Made by a program: the position numbers and the translations under genes. Shown one piece after another: positions 47,922 to 58,037 of a DNA stretch of 64,000 nucleotides. The notes under the pieces are model-generated. The model ran no database searches. It was not told the origin of the DNA and was given only the letters and a program-made list of their open reading frames with translations. The first letter of the stretch is position 1, and each line of letters opens with the position of its first letter. This stretch comes from Planctomycetota bacterium. Lineage in GTDB: Bacteria; Planctomycetota; UBA1135; UBA2386. Where the stretch lies: NCBI GenBank assembly GCA_965223545.1, contig OZ245006.1, positions 3,584,001 to 3,648,000 on the forward strand, in the 5' to 3' direction.

Positions 47922-50174
47922 ATGTTGCTGATCTGGCAAATGCTCGTGCTCGTGCTCGTTGCGCTTGCCACACCGGCATCAACGGCGCAACAGTGGGTTC
48001 GCACCGGCTCGTTCCACGCTGGCGACACGATCGCTGGAGCGTATGACGAGGGGCGCGGCCGCCTCGTGGTTCTGCGACAAGCGAACAACTCCACCGAGCT
48101 GTGGGAGTGGGATGGAGTGGCTTGGGCCCACCGAAGAGTCGCGCCGAATCCGCCGGCGGGATTCGCCGGTCAGATGGCCTACGACTCGTCCCGAGGAGTC
48201 TGTGTGTTGGTCGGCGTCGCGACGGGACAGTGGCTGCAAACCTGGACGTGGGACGGCGTCTCGTGGACCGGTCATTCCGGCCCAAGCCCTGCGCAACGCT
48301 GGCACTTCTGCCTGGCGGACGACCCGGTTCGAAGTCGCGTCGTGCTGTGCGGCGGCAGCCTCCTCCCGACCTGGAGCTCTGGGACCGCCAACGACGAAAC
48401 ATGGACTTGGGACGGAAGTGGGTGGCAACGCCAATCGGTCGACGTTCGCCCACCTCCCCGGCGTGGTGCCGGCATGGCGTTTGACGCGGCCCGCTCGGTC
48501 ATGGTTCTGTACGGCGGGGTTGGGGATAGCTTGCGCCAAGTCCACGATGATACTTGGGAGTGGGATGGGAGCACTTGGAGCCAGGCCTTCCCAAGCGCGA
48601 CACCGGGCGTCAATCGAGAGCCCGTGACGCAGATGACGTTCGACCCGGTCCGGTCGGAGACACTGCTCGTGACCATTACCAAGCCCCTGTCCGGTTCGGG
48701 GACGGCCGAGACGTGGACCTTTGACGGGAGAGCATGGCGATCCCACAACACGGGGCCGACCCTCTCGTACCACGACACGCCGCTTCTCTTGTCGGATCCA
48801 TCCGCAGGGCGCGTGTTGTCCCTCTTTCCCAGAAATCCGGGGAGCAGCCCGCCGTTTCCCGCGGAGCACGATGCGTGGCAATGGAACGGATCGGTCTGGT
48901 CACCCCTGCCGGTGGGTGGTGGACCTTCGCGACGCGTGGGCTCGGCCTTGGCCTACGACGCCGCACGCGGCGAGGTACTGCTGTTCGGGGGCGCCAACCA
49001 CGGCAACGCCCTCGACGGCACGTTCGATGATACTTGGCTCTGGGATGGACAGAGTTGGCGCGAGCACAAGGGAGCCCCGATCTTCGAACGGCGTGACGCC
49101 GCGGTTTGCTACGACTCGGCTCGGCAGAGGGTGGTCCTGTTCGGCGGCAGGGACCGCACTTGGGGCTACCCTCTGATCCCACGTGATACCCACGAGTGGG
49201 ATGGCACGCAGTGGATCACTCTGCCCGGCGGTCCGGGGAATCGCTTCGGGGCCGCCATGGCCTTCGACGAGCGCCGATCTCGGGCTGTGCTGTTCGGCGG
49301 ACAAGTGAGCCCCTACTACGGCGGCGGCGGGCTGCAGGACACGTGGGAGTGGGACGGCACCACCTGGACGCAAGCGCTGCCTGCGACCAAGCCGCCGCCC
49401 TGCACGACTCCGGCAATGGCATACGACCCGGTCCGCGGCGAGATCGTCATGGTCTGCGCTAGCACGACTTGGACCTACGACGGAGTGGATTGGTCGATGC
49501 GGCAACCGACGAGGTCACCGTCGCCTCGACCTGGCGCGGCGATGACCTACGACCCCACACGTGGAGCCGTTGTCTTCGCGGGAGGTTATGGGCAATCGAC
49601 GTTCGAACTCTGGGAGTGGAGCGGAGGCGATTGGTCCCCGAGGCAGGTTCGTGGAGGTCCGAGTACGCGTGGCGGCGCTGGCCTCGTCTTCGATCGACGG
49701 CGCCGCGAACTGTTCCTGCACGGTGGCGAAGCCAACTTGGGAACCGGGCCATTGGGAGGCACGTGGCGCCTGGGTGACCACATCATCCCGGCGGACGTCG
49801 CTATCGGCGACGCTGGCTGCTTCGGGCCGGTCGCCCGACCAGTGACTCGGCCATATGGGATCCCGACTCTTGGCAACAACGGTTTCGCGCTCGACGTGTA
49901 CGTGAGTGGCGTGAATCAGACCGGGGCCATGCTGGTGGGTTCCGCGGCCGCATCGGTCAGTCTCGGGGCCTGTGTGCTGGGCGTGGATCCCCTGCGTTCG
50001 ATCGTGTGGCCGTTCACCAGCAACACGCAGGGCTTCGCCAGCCTGCGGCTTCCGATCGGAGCCACCGCCGCGCTGGCGAGTGTGGAGCTGTACTCGCAAG
50101 CGGCGGTGCTCACCATGGGGACTGGGCTGGGAGTCACACTGACCAACGATCTTATCGTTCGCTTGGGTCACTGA
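47922..50174 (+). CDS. Secreted kelch-like double beta-propeller with Cys-pair C-terminal domain
   Basis: About 12 repeats of AYD..R..VLFGG....DTWEWDG; signal peptide. Confidence 0.85.
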   Translation: MLLIWQMLVLVLVALATPASTAQQWVRTGSFHAGDTIAGAYDEGRGRLVVLRQANNSTELWEWDGVAWAHRRVAPNPPAGFAGQMAYDSSRGVCVLVGVATGQWLQTWTWDGVSWTGHSGPSPAQRWHFCLADDPVRSRVVLCGGSLLPTWSSGTANDETWTWDGSGWQRQSVDVRPPPRRGAGMAFDAARSVMVLYGGVGDSLRQVHDDTWEWDGSTWSQAFPSATPGVNREPVTQMTFDPVRSETLLVTITKPLSGSGTAETWTFDGRAWRSHNTGPTLSYHDTPLLLSDPSAGRVLSLFPRNPGSSPPFPAEHDAWQWNGSVWSPLPVGGGPSRRVGSALAYDAARGEVLLFGGANHGNALDGTFDDTWLWDGQSWREHKGAPIFERRDAAVCYDSARQRVVLFGGRDRTWGYPLIPRDTHEWDGTQWITLPGGPGNRFGAAMAFDERRSRAVLFGGQVSPYYGGGGLQDTWEWDGTTWTQALPATKPPPCTTPAMAYDPVRGEIVMVCASTTWTYDGVDWSMRQPTRSPSPRPGAAMTYDPTRGAVVFAGGYGQSTFELWEWSGGDWSPRQVRGGPSTRGGAGLVFDRRRRELFLHGGEANLGTGPLGGTWRLGDHIIPADVAIGDAGCFGPVARPVTRPYGIPTLGNNGFALDVYVSGVNQTGAMLVGSAAASVSLGACVLGVDPLRSIVWPFTSNTQGFASLRLPIGATAALASVELYSQAAVLTMGTGLGVTLTNDLIVRLGH

Positions 50175-50237
50175 CACCGATACAAACCACCTGCCGGGCG
50201 CGTCGCGACTCCGAGCGAGCATGGGGCACGGCCCCAC

Positions 50238-50423
50238 TCAGCTGTCGCGAAAGATCTCTGCTTCCCTGAATCGGTTGCGCCATGACTGACCGTCTGCGGC
50301 TTCACGCCAAGTTCGCCCGCGAAGTCCCCATTCGTCCCAACCATCTGCTGCAAGCAAGATCATCCGAGCGCGATCAACTTGTCGATGCGGGACCAATCTA
50401 CGCCGCGACCACTGCGGGTCCAT
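50238..50423 (-). mobile_element. IS630-family transposase N-terminal remnant
   Basis: RARMILLAADG, then (+1 shift) TNGDFAGELGVKPQTVS, then (shift back) WRNRF, forming a decayed IS630-type HTH. Confidence 0.7.
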
Positions 50424-52112
50424 CTAGAGCTTCTCTAAAAGCAGCGGCCGGTTCTGCACAGTCATCACTCGCCCAGGCTCCTTGACTCGCACTGCAGCCA
50501 CCGCTCGAAAACCCGAGAATACTGGCTGGACCGCCAAACCATGACTCATGCTGACCGCCGACGGATCGATCTCGATAAACGTATCAGCGCCCTCGCGCCG
50601 GAGCCTGCACACCCCACTGGTAAAAGACCGCAGACCTGAGTTGTCAAAGAATTCGTAATCCACAGACACTCTATGCGCAAGCTTCGTATTGGTTGCACTT
50701 TTGACGTGAATCCTCGCCGGCTCTCCGGCTTCAAGAAAGGCGGTCCATTCACCCGCACGCCGAATGTCCTCACCCCGGACCGAGTGACGGTAGTATCCCT
50801 TTTTGATTACCTCAAGATTGCTCGCTCCGTCGGGGACGTCACTCAACTGGTAGACCCTCTCGCCCCCTACCACAGTGCTGGGCGGAGTATACGGATCTCG
50901 CTCTTCGTACACGCTCTCCAACCAGCTGCGTGACCGGCTGAGCGTAGCTCCTTCCTTGCCCGTCCACAACACTTTGACCGCACCCGTAAGCGGGGTTCTG
51001 CTCTGCGCATCCCGCAGACGCAAGTCGAAGACCTCGCATTGCTCCAGCTGCACTACGTAGTCCTCATCCTCCAGACTGACGTCTCTCTCTACAACAGCCC
51101 GGTGAGCTTCCGCACTCGCACGCAACTCTAACGTCGACGCCCCGGCTGCAATGCCGGAGATCATAAACCGGCCGCTCTCGTCCGTCTTTGCAAGACGGTA
51201 CTCGTGCTTACCGGAGGCCGTACCGACCAAGACTTCCACGGTTGCCTCCGCAAGCAACCCAGAAACCGCGCTGATCACCGTCCCGCCAAAGGTCAGACCA
51301 GAGGCCATCGTAATCGTCCCCAGATTTTTAGTCGCGGAGCCAACATCCACACCCGATATTCGCGCAGTCATATACTGCGGATGTCTCAACACCACTTCAT
51401 AGATTCCAGCACGCAAGCCGTGTAAGCACGCACTACCAAAGGTGTCTGTTCGCGCGCTCACTGCCAGACCACCCCCGAAGAGCCGCGCACGAACATGCAT
51501 CGCCCGTGCATCATCACCACCGATCACGATTCCTTCGCCTTTGCTGGCTTCCTGTAGACAGGCCTCCACCAGCACGTCCGCTAGGCGCATCCGGTCTACG
51601 CTTTGCACAACCAGACAACATGAACTACCACGACCTAACCGGATCTCGACCCGTTCCTCGACGTCGCTGACCTCCACGACGGTTGGCACAAAAGCGGCAT
51701 GTTCGGCCAAGACCCTCAGGGGAACCACTCCCTCGAACTCCACAGGTATCTCAAGCGCGAAACCCCCATCGACATCAGTGCGCTGAACTTTCCTGTAGCT
51801 CGCGCTGCAACTCACTGCCGCGCCCTCAAGCGGCTCACCTTCAGGTGAAAGGACTGTGCCCACAATTGCTGCCGATGCACTGGCTCTTTCCCCCACGTCT
51901 TGTTGCCCGGGAGCACTCTGAGCAACTCGGCTCCTGTCACCCAGTTGTTGCGCGCCAGGCTGCCCTACTTGCGGATGCCCCATGCTGGTCTCCAACGGAG
52001 ATCCGCCTCCGTTCGGTGCACGCGCTCGCTCACCAAAGCAAATCCAACCCACTACAGTCGCGGTCGTCGCCATTGCCAACAGAAGCGCTACACGTTTTGG
52101 CCAATGAGTCAT
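50424..52112 (-). CDS. Membrane-anchored carboxypeptidase-regulatory-like domain protein
   Basis: N-terminal TM and repeats such as GTVLSPEGEPLEGA and TDESGRF. Confidence 0.75.
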   Translation of the reverse strand: MTHWPKRVALLLAMATTATVVGWICFGERARAPNGGGSPLETSMGHPQVGQPGAQQLGDRSRVAQSAPGQQDVGERASASAAIVGTVLSPEGEPLEGAAVSCSASYRKVQRTDVDGGFALEIPVEFEGVVPLRVLAEHAAFVPTVVEVSDVEERVEIRLGRGSSCCLVVQSVDRMRLADVLVEACLQEASKGEGIVIGGDDARAMHVRARLFGGGLAVSARTDTFGSACLHGLRAGIYEVVLRHPQYMTARISGVDVGSATKNLGTITMASGLTFGGTVISAVSGLLAEATVEVLVGTASGKHEYRLAKTDESGRFMISGIAAGASTLELRASAEAHRAVVERDVSLEDEDYVVQLEQCEVFDLRLRDAQSRTPLTGAVKVLWTGKEGATLSRSRSWLESVYEERDPYTPPSTVVGGERVYQLSDVPDGASNLEVIKKGYYRHSVRGEDIRRAGEWTAFLEAGEPARIHVKSATNTKLAHRVSVDYEFFDNSGLRSFTSGVCRLRREGADTFIEIDPSAVSMSHGLAVQPVFSGFRAVAAVRVKEPGRVMTVQNRPLLLEKL

Positions 52113-52120
52113 GGCTTTTC

Positions 52121-54724
52121 CTATCGATGGTCCACCGCCGAAAGCGCGCTCTCCCAGCGCTGCAAGAAGCTATCCGAGTGCTTGTCGTCGTGACATTCTA
52201 GACACACTTGCTGTGGAGGCGTCAGCCGAATGTTTTGAGCTGTTGGCGCTCGGACGTGGTCTTGTCCTGCGCCGTGACAGGCTTCACATTGCACGCCCTC
52301 CAAGCCCGCATCAGGCGTGTTCATCGTGAAACCATCTTCCCTACCGAGTCCCAGCACGTGGCAACGCACGCAATTCGGGTTACGAGCTCGGCCTCGCTTG
52401 CGCAGCGTAGCCATCGCACCCGCATGAGCCGTGCCCAACCACTGCACGTACTCCTGCGGATGGCAGCTCTGGCACGCTGCCGCTCCCACGTACTGCTGCT
52501 TCGACCAATCGTCCCAAGCGAATAGCGGGCTAAGATTCGTCATAAGGGACGGGTCTAGCGATACGTGCTGGTAGTGTTGATCGATCTGCGCAACAACCTC
52601 GGCATCGCGCTCAGCATCCGCGGGAAGTTCGATTCTGGATATTGTCGCCCCGCGCAAACGCCCGTCCCCTGAATACGATATCCGCAAATCCGTAATCCCA
52701 TAACTGCGCGCATAGTCGTGCACCAGCAAGGTCTCTCCGACAAGCCCCAATGGTTGTCGCCAAATTTCCGAAGCTTGCTCACCGTTGATAACAATATCTA
52801 CACCCAAGCTACACAGCTGTTTTTGCGTCGGCACAGAAAACCGGCCAATTACGACTACAATGTCGGCCTCGTCCCGTAGTTGCTCAACGAGTTCCGACAA
52901 CTCCCCCGTACCACAGGGGAACTTCACGCCAACTGCGTTACGTTCTAGCGCTTCGCTCAGCGTGCTGTAATTGTGCTTTTCTGAAAGTCCAATGATCCCA
53001 AATCTTTTGCCTTGGCTTTCGGTGGCCACCATCGATCGGAACATCCGCTCGCCACCCTTACTGATCCCGTGACCCAAGAGGACTAGATCCTCACGCTCAA
53101 ACAACTTTGCCGCTACCGATGGCTGTGCTAACAGCTCGCTTGGCCCAACACAAATGGCGTCGTAGCCAACACTTGCCATCGCATCCAAGTGCAACGGAAC
53201 CTCCATTTCCACAAACGGGTCGAGTCGAGGATTCGACGGCCGCGTTGGTAGGAAGTTACCCAAGTCGAGCAGCAGCAACTCCCCGGCCTTCTGCGCATTC
53301 TTGATCGCCGCCACACGACGCGCCAATCCCCCACTTTCGTTGGCGCGACAGCCACAGTTCTCAAGGTGCCCGTCGGTGTTTGCCGTGACCAGAATACGCA
53401 GTTCCTTGGCTTGAGCTCCATCTTCACCGTCATCCGCCGGTGGTTCGGGCACTTCCTCCAACACAAGCTCCCACTCCTTTTCAAAGCCAGCAACAAACGG
53501 TGCCTCCTTAGCCGCTCGGATGTAGACTCCCTCCACGGCGACCCGGTCGGCATCCCCAGATGCCAGCCGGGGCAGATCCTTACCGTCCCAGGAGCGCGTC
53601 AGTTGCGCCAGGCCACCGCGCTCAGCGAGCAGTTGATCGAGCTCGTAAAGCACCGTAGCTGCCTTCGTAGTAACCCACGGTTTGAACTTGCCGTAGAGCT
53701 CAGCGCGGGCCGCGATGTCGCGCTCACGCAACCAGGTGAACTCTAGGGAACTTCTGGCATCGCTGTTGTCCAGCCCAAGGCGCCAAGGCACAACCTGGGC
53801 CAGATACTCTGTCAGGCCGAGGCCAAACCACGGCACAGAATCTGTCGCCGGGTACCATGAACGCACAGCCTCTCGAATCATGCGTCGAAGACTACCAACG
53901 TCCGCCTGCATGATGTCGACGACGATAAATCCCCCACCCTGCCCCTTCTCCAGACGCAAAAGATCGTCCGCCGTAGGAATCAGTGCAATCGCTAGATCTC
54001 GTCGCGGTGGACCAAGAACCCGGTTTAGCTCTGCCAAGATTGCACGCACGCTCCCCACGGTCGCTGAGGGAATCTCGGCGTGAGCGTAGAGCGAACACCT
54101 GGGCTCCTCCGTTTCCATTAGGTGAAGACTCCCCGCAACAAAGCTCCACCCCCAGATCTCTTGTTCAACACTTGCAGCACTCGTCGCCGTGGGAAATGTC
54201 GATACAACACTCCACTGCTCAGGAACCTCTATCGAGAAAGATAACCCGTCGGCAGATACCGGAAGCAACACGCAACTCGCCGCCGTGATATAGCAATAGC
54301 TGTCTGCACTAATGCCCGCGTGCCGCTCCTCTCCACAGGGGACGGATACCTTGCGGACTGGCGGGGTCACGCTGTACGCCACGGTGAACGCCTGATCACT
54401 AGGTGCGATTTCGTAGCAAGTAAATCGGGAAGTCGTTTTCCCTGTTGGCGCATAGCGAGCACGAGGCGTGATCCCCAACAACGTTCCGCTCTCATCCTGC
54501 GCCGAGAGGTTCTCCAGGTTAACAAGCCGGTCAGAAAGCAGAGCACTGAGCAAGGTGCCTGAAGCAGAAGGCGGAAGCTCAAGCCGCACGCCCACCTTAC
54601 CACTCTCGGGATCGGGGCGGATTACATAGTGCGCCGTTTGGACGCCTCGGGAGCTTTGGGCAAATAGGTTCCATGCAAAGAACCCGACTAGAGCCGCGGC
54701 AAACGCTGTCAGCAAGGTCTTCAT
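52121..54724 (-). CDS. Fusion of degenerate M61-like peptidase, UshA-like phosphoesterase and tetraheme cytochrome c
   Basis: IREAVRSW...WFGLGLTEY; NTDGHLENCGC....GGLARR and DLGNF; CQSCH, CVRCH, CEACH and CLECH. Confidence 0.8.
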   Translation of the reverse strand: MKTLLTAFAAALVGFFAWNLFAQSSRGVQTAHYVIRPDPESGKVGVRLELPPSASGTLLSALLSDRLVNLENLSAQDESGTLLGITPRARYAPTGKTTSRFTCYEIAPSDQAFTVAYSVTPPVRKVSVPCGEERHAGISADSYCYITAASCVLLPVSADGLSFSIEVPEQWSVVSTFPTATSAASVEQEIWGWSFVAGSLHLMETEEPRCSLYAHAEIPSATVGSVRAILAELNRVLGPPRRDLAIALIPTADDLLRLEKGQGGGFIVVDIMQADVGSLRRMIREAVRSWYPATDSVPWFGLGLTEYLAQVVPWRLGLDNSDARSSLEFTWLRERDIAARAELYGKFKPWVTTKAATVLYELDQLLAERGGLAQLTRSWDGKDLPRLASGDADRVAVEGVYIRAAKEAPFVAGFEKEWELVLEEVPEPPADDGEDGAQAKELRILVTANTDGHLENCGCRANESGGLARRVAAIKNAQKAGELLLLDLGNFLPTRPSNPRLDPFVEMEVPLHLDAMASVGYDAICVGPSELLAQPSVAAKLFEREDLVLLGHGISKGGERMFRSMVATESQGKRFGIIGLSEKHNYSTLSEALERNAVGVKFPCGTGELSELVEQLRDEADIVVVIGRFSVPTQKQLCSLGVDIVINGEQASEIWRQPLGLVGETLLVHDYARSYGITDLRISYSGDGRLRGATISRIELPADAERDAEVVAQIDQHYQHVSLDPSLMTNLSPLFAWDDWSKQQYVGAAACQSCHPQEYVQWLGTAHAGAMATLRKRGRARNPNCVRCHVLGLGREDGFTMNTPDAGLEGVQCEACHGAGQDHVRAPTAQNIRLTPPQQVCLECHDDKHSDSFLQRWESALSAVDHR

Positions 54725-54758
54725 CGTGGCAAGTCTCTCTCGGTCCGTGCGGGCAAAC

Positions 54759-54788
54759 GTGAGTCCGGGAGCGCACTCCCGGACTCAC
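54759..54788. terminator. Strong intergenic hairpin
   Basis: Perfect 13-bp inverted repeat GTGAGTCCGGGAG-CGCA-CTCCCGGACTCAC. Confidence 0.55.
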
Positions 54789-54811
54789 AACTGGCAAAGA
54801 CGGTCTACCGC

Positions 54812-55072
54812 CTACGGCTCCTGCGGCTCGCTGTTACACTGTTCAGTGTCGCAGCGCTGTGCCGGAACGTAGCTGATCAGGCAGGCCAGGTGCGTCTTCT
54901 TTTCGCACTCACTCTTGCTTTTGCACTGCTCGTTCGGGCAGCCGGGAATCGTGGACTCCATGGACATCATGGAGCTCACTGCCGGCAGGCAGTTGGCCTG
55001 AGGAACAGCGCTGCTCAAAGCGCCAGTCAGGAGGCCGGCCAGCAGGCCGGCGAGAATGAACGACTTTCTCAT
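54812..55072 (-). CDS. Small secreted Cys-rich protein (86 aa)
   Basis: GAAAGGAA RBS, signal peptide MRKSFILAGLLAGLLTGALSSA, and 7 Cys residues. Confidence 0.7.
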   Translation of the reverse strand: MRKSFILAGLLAGLLTGALSSAVPQANCLPAVSSMMSMESTIPGCPNEQCKSKSECEKKTHLACLISYVPAQRCDTEQCNSEPQEP

Positions 55073-55697
55073 CAGGATTACATTCCTTTCAAAGAAGTTT
55101 CGGTTCCGAAGAACCACTCTCCGGCGACCCCCATGGCCGCAGGTACAGCCAAAACGTAACTCTCCGCCCCCTCCTGTCGATCCCCGACATTCCCGCACTC
55201 CATGTATGTGGGCAAGCTGTTCGGAGCTCCAGAATCTATGGAAGCTCTGCTCCATCAGTATTTCGACAGTCCAGCAGCTGCACTGCTGACTCACACCCGG
55301 GAACCCTATTGGACACAACGCTTTCTGAAACCGGAGACAACGAGCGACCGGCCTCTCTACTGCCTTCCGACTGCGTGGGCGACATTGGACCGGCCACACC
55401 GTTGCGCGATGTTTTGTCGCGCCCGAAGACCTGGCTTCCCTGGGTCTCGGATGTCTCAGCGCGGCCGGGGCCGCAACCAAGCTCGGATGCCGCTCTACTC
55501 GGAGCGGTTTGGAAGGTCCAACCCATCCGCCGCCGCGCTGAGCCAGGAGGCACTGTCTCTCCGAGCCTCCGGCGCGGCGGCGCCGTTGTCAGGGCGGCGG
55601 CGTCGCCTCGAGAATATTGTCGCCGCTCGGTGACTCGTGGCGCCGGTGGCTCAGACCGGCGATATGTCTCGAATGGTTGCCCGGGAAACTTCGGTTC

Positions 55698-55721
55698 GAG
55701 GCCGGCGTGAACGCCGGCCTC
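55698..55721. terminator. Hairpin
   Basis: GAGGCCGGCG-TGAA-CGCCGGCCTC followed by TCTCTGTT. Confidence 0.35.
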
Positions 55722-55872
55722 TCTCTGTTAACACACGGCAAGGTCGCGGCCGGCTCACCGACGAAGAGTTCGCCGCCGCAACTCGCCCCTACGCCTAACG
55801 CATAATCACGTCGTGTAGCAGCCCAAACACCCGCCAATTGGCTGGTGTCGGAACGTGCTGGAAAAGCCCTCG

Positions 55873-56118
55873 TTAGAAATCCGGCGTGCCAAGTAGCGTG
55901 GTCGAGTTCGGAACTCGCAAGCCCAGCGATTCGTTACCCGCATCATCAAGCGCTACCACGGGCAGCGCGACGGCGGTGCCAGGGTTCGGACCTAGCTTCC
56001 CGTGGGGCGAAAGCCTGACAAGCGGAGTCGGCGCCCGTCCTGACAGGAACGGCACGACTCCAGCGGCGGCCGGGCGAGCTACGAATCGAACCGCAAACCG
56101 CGCGCCAACACGGGCCAA
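55873..56118 (-). pseudogene. Remnant of a Cys-pair C-terminal domain gene
   Basis: RVGARFAVRF...LDDAGNESLGLRVPNSTTLLG resembles the recurrent domain. No signal peptide and a premature stop. Confidence 0.5.
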
Positions 56119-56243
56119 ATAGGGCGTCGCGATGTGATGTTGCTGGTTGAGCGCCCGGAGAGGTTCGTTTGCGCTGCGCGCGCAGCGAACGGGTTTCGAG
56201 CTGTCGAAAGCACTCTGCTTCCAAAACCCCCCAAGCGAACAAC

Positions 56244-57380
56244 GTGAGCACCCCGAAGAAGCGACGCAAGGCCCGGCGCCGGGCCGAGAAGTTCATGGAC
56301 GAGGCGTGGGAGGCGGTCCTGCGGAACGACCTCGCCGCTGCCGAGAAGTACGGCCGCCGCGCGGTCGACGCGGGCCCGATGAACCCGCGGCTGTGGTTGG
56401 ACCACGGCCGCATCCTGCTGCAGTGCGAGGAGCGCGACGAGGCCGAGGCTGCGTTCCGGCAGGCGATCGCGTTGGCGCCCACCTTCGCCGACGCGTTCAC
56501 AGCGCTGGCCGATCTGCAGGCGCAGGCCGGCAAGCTGGTGCAGGCGGAGCGGCTGCAGGCGCGTGCGGTGGAGCTGGCTCCGGACGACGCCGAGGCCAAC
56601 AACCGCCTCGAGAGCTACCGGTGCCTGCTGCCCCCGAGCGGCGCCGGACCGACCGCGGATGCTCGCGAGCCACCGAAGACCACGACGCTGACCGACCGGT
56701 TCGATTGGGACGCAATCGCCGCCGCGCTGCGGGCGCACGGCATGGCTCCCCTGCGCGGGTTGCTGTCCGCCGCCGAGTGCGGAGAGCTCGCCGCCCTGTG
56801 GGACGACGAAGAGCGTTTCGAGCACAGCGTGCGCTACGACAGCGAGTCCGAGGGGCGCGTTGCATACCGCTTCTTCGCGCCGCCGTTGCCGCCGCTGATC
56901 ACCGCCCTGCGCAGTGAGATCTACGGCCGCGCGGCCATCATCTGCAACGAGTGGAACGTAATGCTCGGCCGGCCCGAACGGTTCCCCGCAACACTCGAGG
57001 ACTTCCTGGCCCGCTGCCGCGACGCGGGGCAGTACCGCTCCACGCCGATCCTGCTGCGCTACGAGGCCGGCGGCTTCAACGCCCCCCACCGCGACATCGC
57101 CGGCAAGTTGTGGTTCCCGCTCCAGCTCGCGGTGACGCTGGGGCCGGGCTGCAGCGACGACGGCGGCGGCGGCGAGCTGCTGCTCGTCGACCAACGTCCC
57201 GGCAAGCGTGTGCGCCAGCGCGCCCTACCGACTTCGGTGGGCGACGGCGTGCTGTTCTGCACACGCGAGCGACTGGTCGAGGTCGCGGGTGCCGTGGGCC
57301 TGCAAGGCGTGCAGCACGCGGTGGCGCCCGTGCGTCGCCCGCGCCTCGCGGTGGGCATCCCCTTCCACGAGCACGGGTGA
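56244..57380 (+). CDS. TPR protein fused to 2OG-Fe(II) oxygenase (DUF2086-like)
   Basis: N-terminal TPR helices, then TPILLRY...HRD...FPLQ, LVDQRP, QH and R.AVGIPFH. Confidence 0.85.
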   Translation: MSTPKKRRKARRRAEKFMDEAWEAVLRNDLAAAEKYGRRAVDAGPMNPRLWLDHGRILLQCEERDEAEAAFRQAIALAPTFADAFTALADLQAQAGKLVQAERLQARAVELAPDDAEANNRLESYRCLLPPSGAGPTADAREPPKTTTLTDRFDWDAIAAALRAHGMAPLRGLLSAAECGELAALWDDEERFEHSVRYDSESEGRVAYRFFAPPLPPLITALRSEIYGRAAIICNEWNVMLGRPERFPATLEDFLARCRDAGQYRSTPILLRYEAGGFNAPHRDIAGKLWFPLQLAVTLGPGCSDDGGGGELLLVDQRPGKRVRQRALPTSVGDGVLFCTRERLVEVAGAVGLQGVQHAVAPVRRPRLAVGIPFHEHG

Positions 57381-57467
57381 GCGCGGCCGGCGCCGCCGCG
57401 GCGGGTCTGCGCGCTCGACCGGACTCTCGGACAGGTCTTTCTCCTTTGGCTTGCTAAGATCCGTCGC

Positions 57468-58037
57468 GTGACCGCATTCCAACCCACCGAGGCCAAGGCA
57501 CGCCTCCTGCACTTGGTCCGCACGCACGCCTACCGCGACGGGCTCGACATCGTGCTGGCCTCCGGCAAGCGCAGCGACTTCTACATCAACGGGAAGAAGG
57601 TGACGCTCGATCCCGAGGGGTTGTGGCTCCTGGGCAGATTGATGCTGGAGCAGCTGCGTGCGCTGCCGCAAGTGACGGCAATCGGCGGGCTGACGCTCGG
57701 CGCCGACCCGATCGCGGCGGCGGTCGCGGTCCTGTCGCACGAGACCGGCCAGAATCTGCGCGCCTTCATGGTGCGCAAGGAGCCCAAGGGGCACGGCACC
57801 GGCTCGCTGATCGAGGGCGATCTCGAGCCCGGCGAGAAGGTCGCGGTCATCGAGGACACGATCACCACCGGTGCGTCGGCGCGCAAAGCAATCGACGCGG
57901 TGCGTGCCGCGGGCGCCGAGCCGGTGGTCGTGTTGGCGCTGGCCGACCGGGAAGACAAGGACGCCGACGCGTTCCGCGCCGAATTCGACGTGCGCCCGGT
58001 GCTGGCGTTGTCGGAAATTCGCGGAGGCGGCGCATGA
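57468..58037 (+). CDS. pyrE: Orotate phosphoribosyltransferase
   Basis: LASGKRSDFY, RKEPKGHG and VIEDTITTGAS. Confidence 0.95.
   Translation: MTAFQPTEAKARLLHLVRTHAYRDGLDIVLASGKRSDFYINGKKVTLDPEGLWLLGRLMLEQLRALPQVTAIGGLTLGADPIAAAVAVLSHETGQNLRAFMVRKEPKGHGTGSLIEGDLEPGEKVAVIEDTITTGASARKAIDAVRAAGAEPVVVLALADREDKDADAFRAEFDVRPVLALSEIRGGGA

Noticed and set aside
53340..53365. Possible Sec in the UshA-like CGC motif
   Set aside because: Both Cys codons read TGT; there is no in-frame TGA.
55202..55633. 143-aa ORF in the island
   Set aside because: No clear RBS, no motifs and no codon bias; treated as non-coding.
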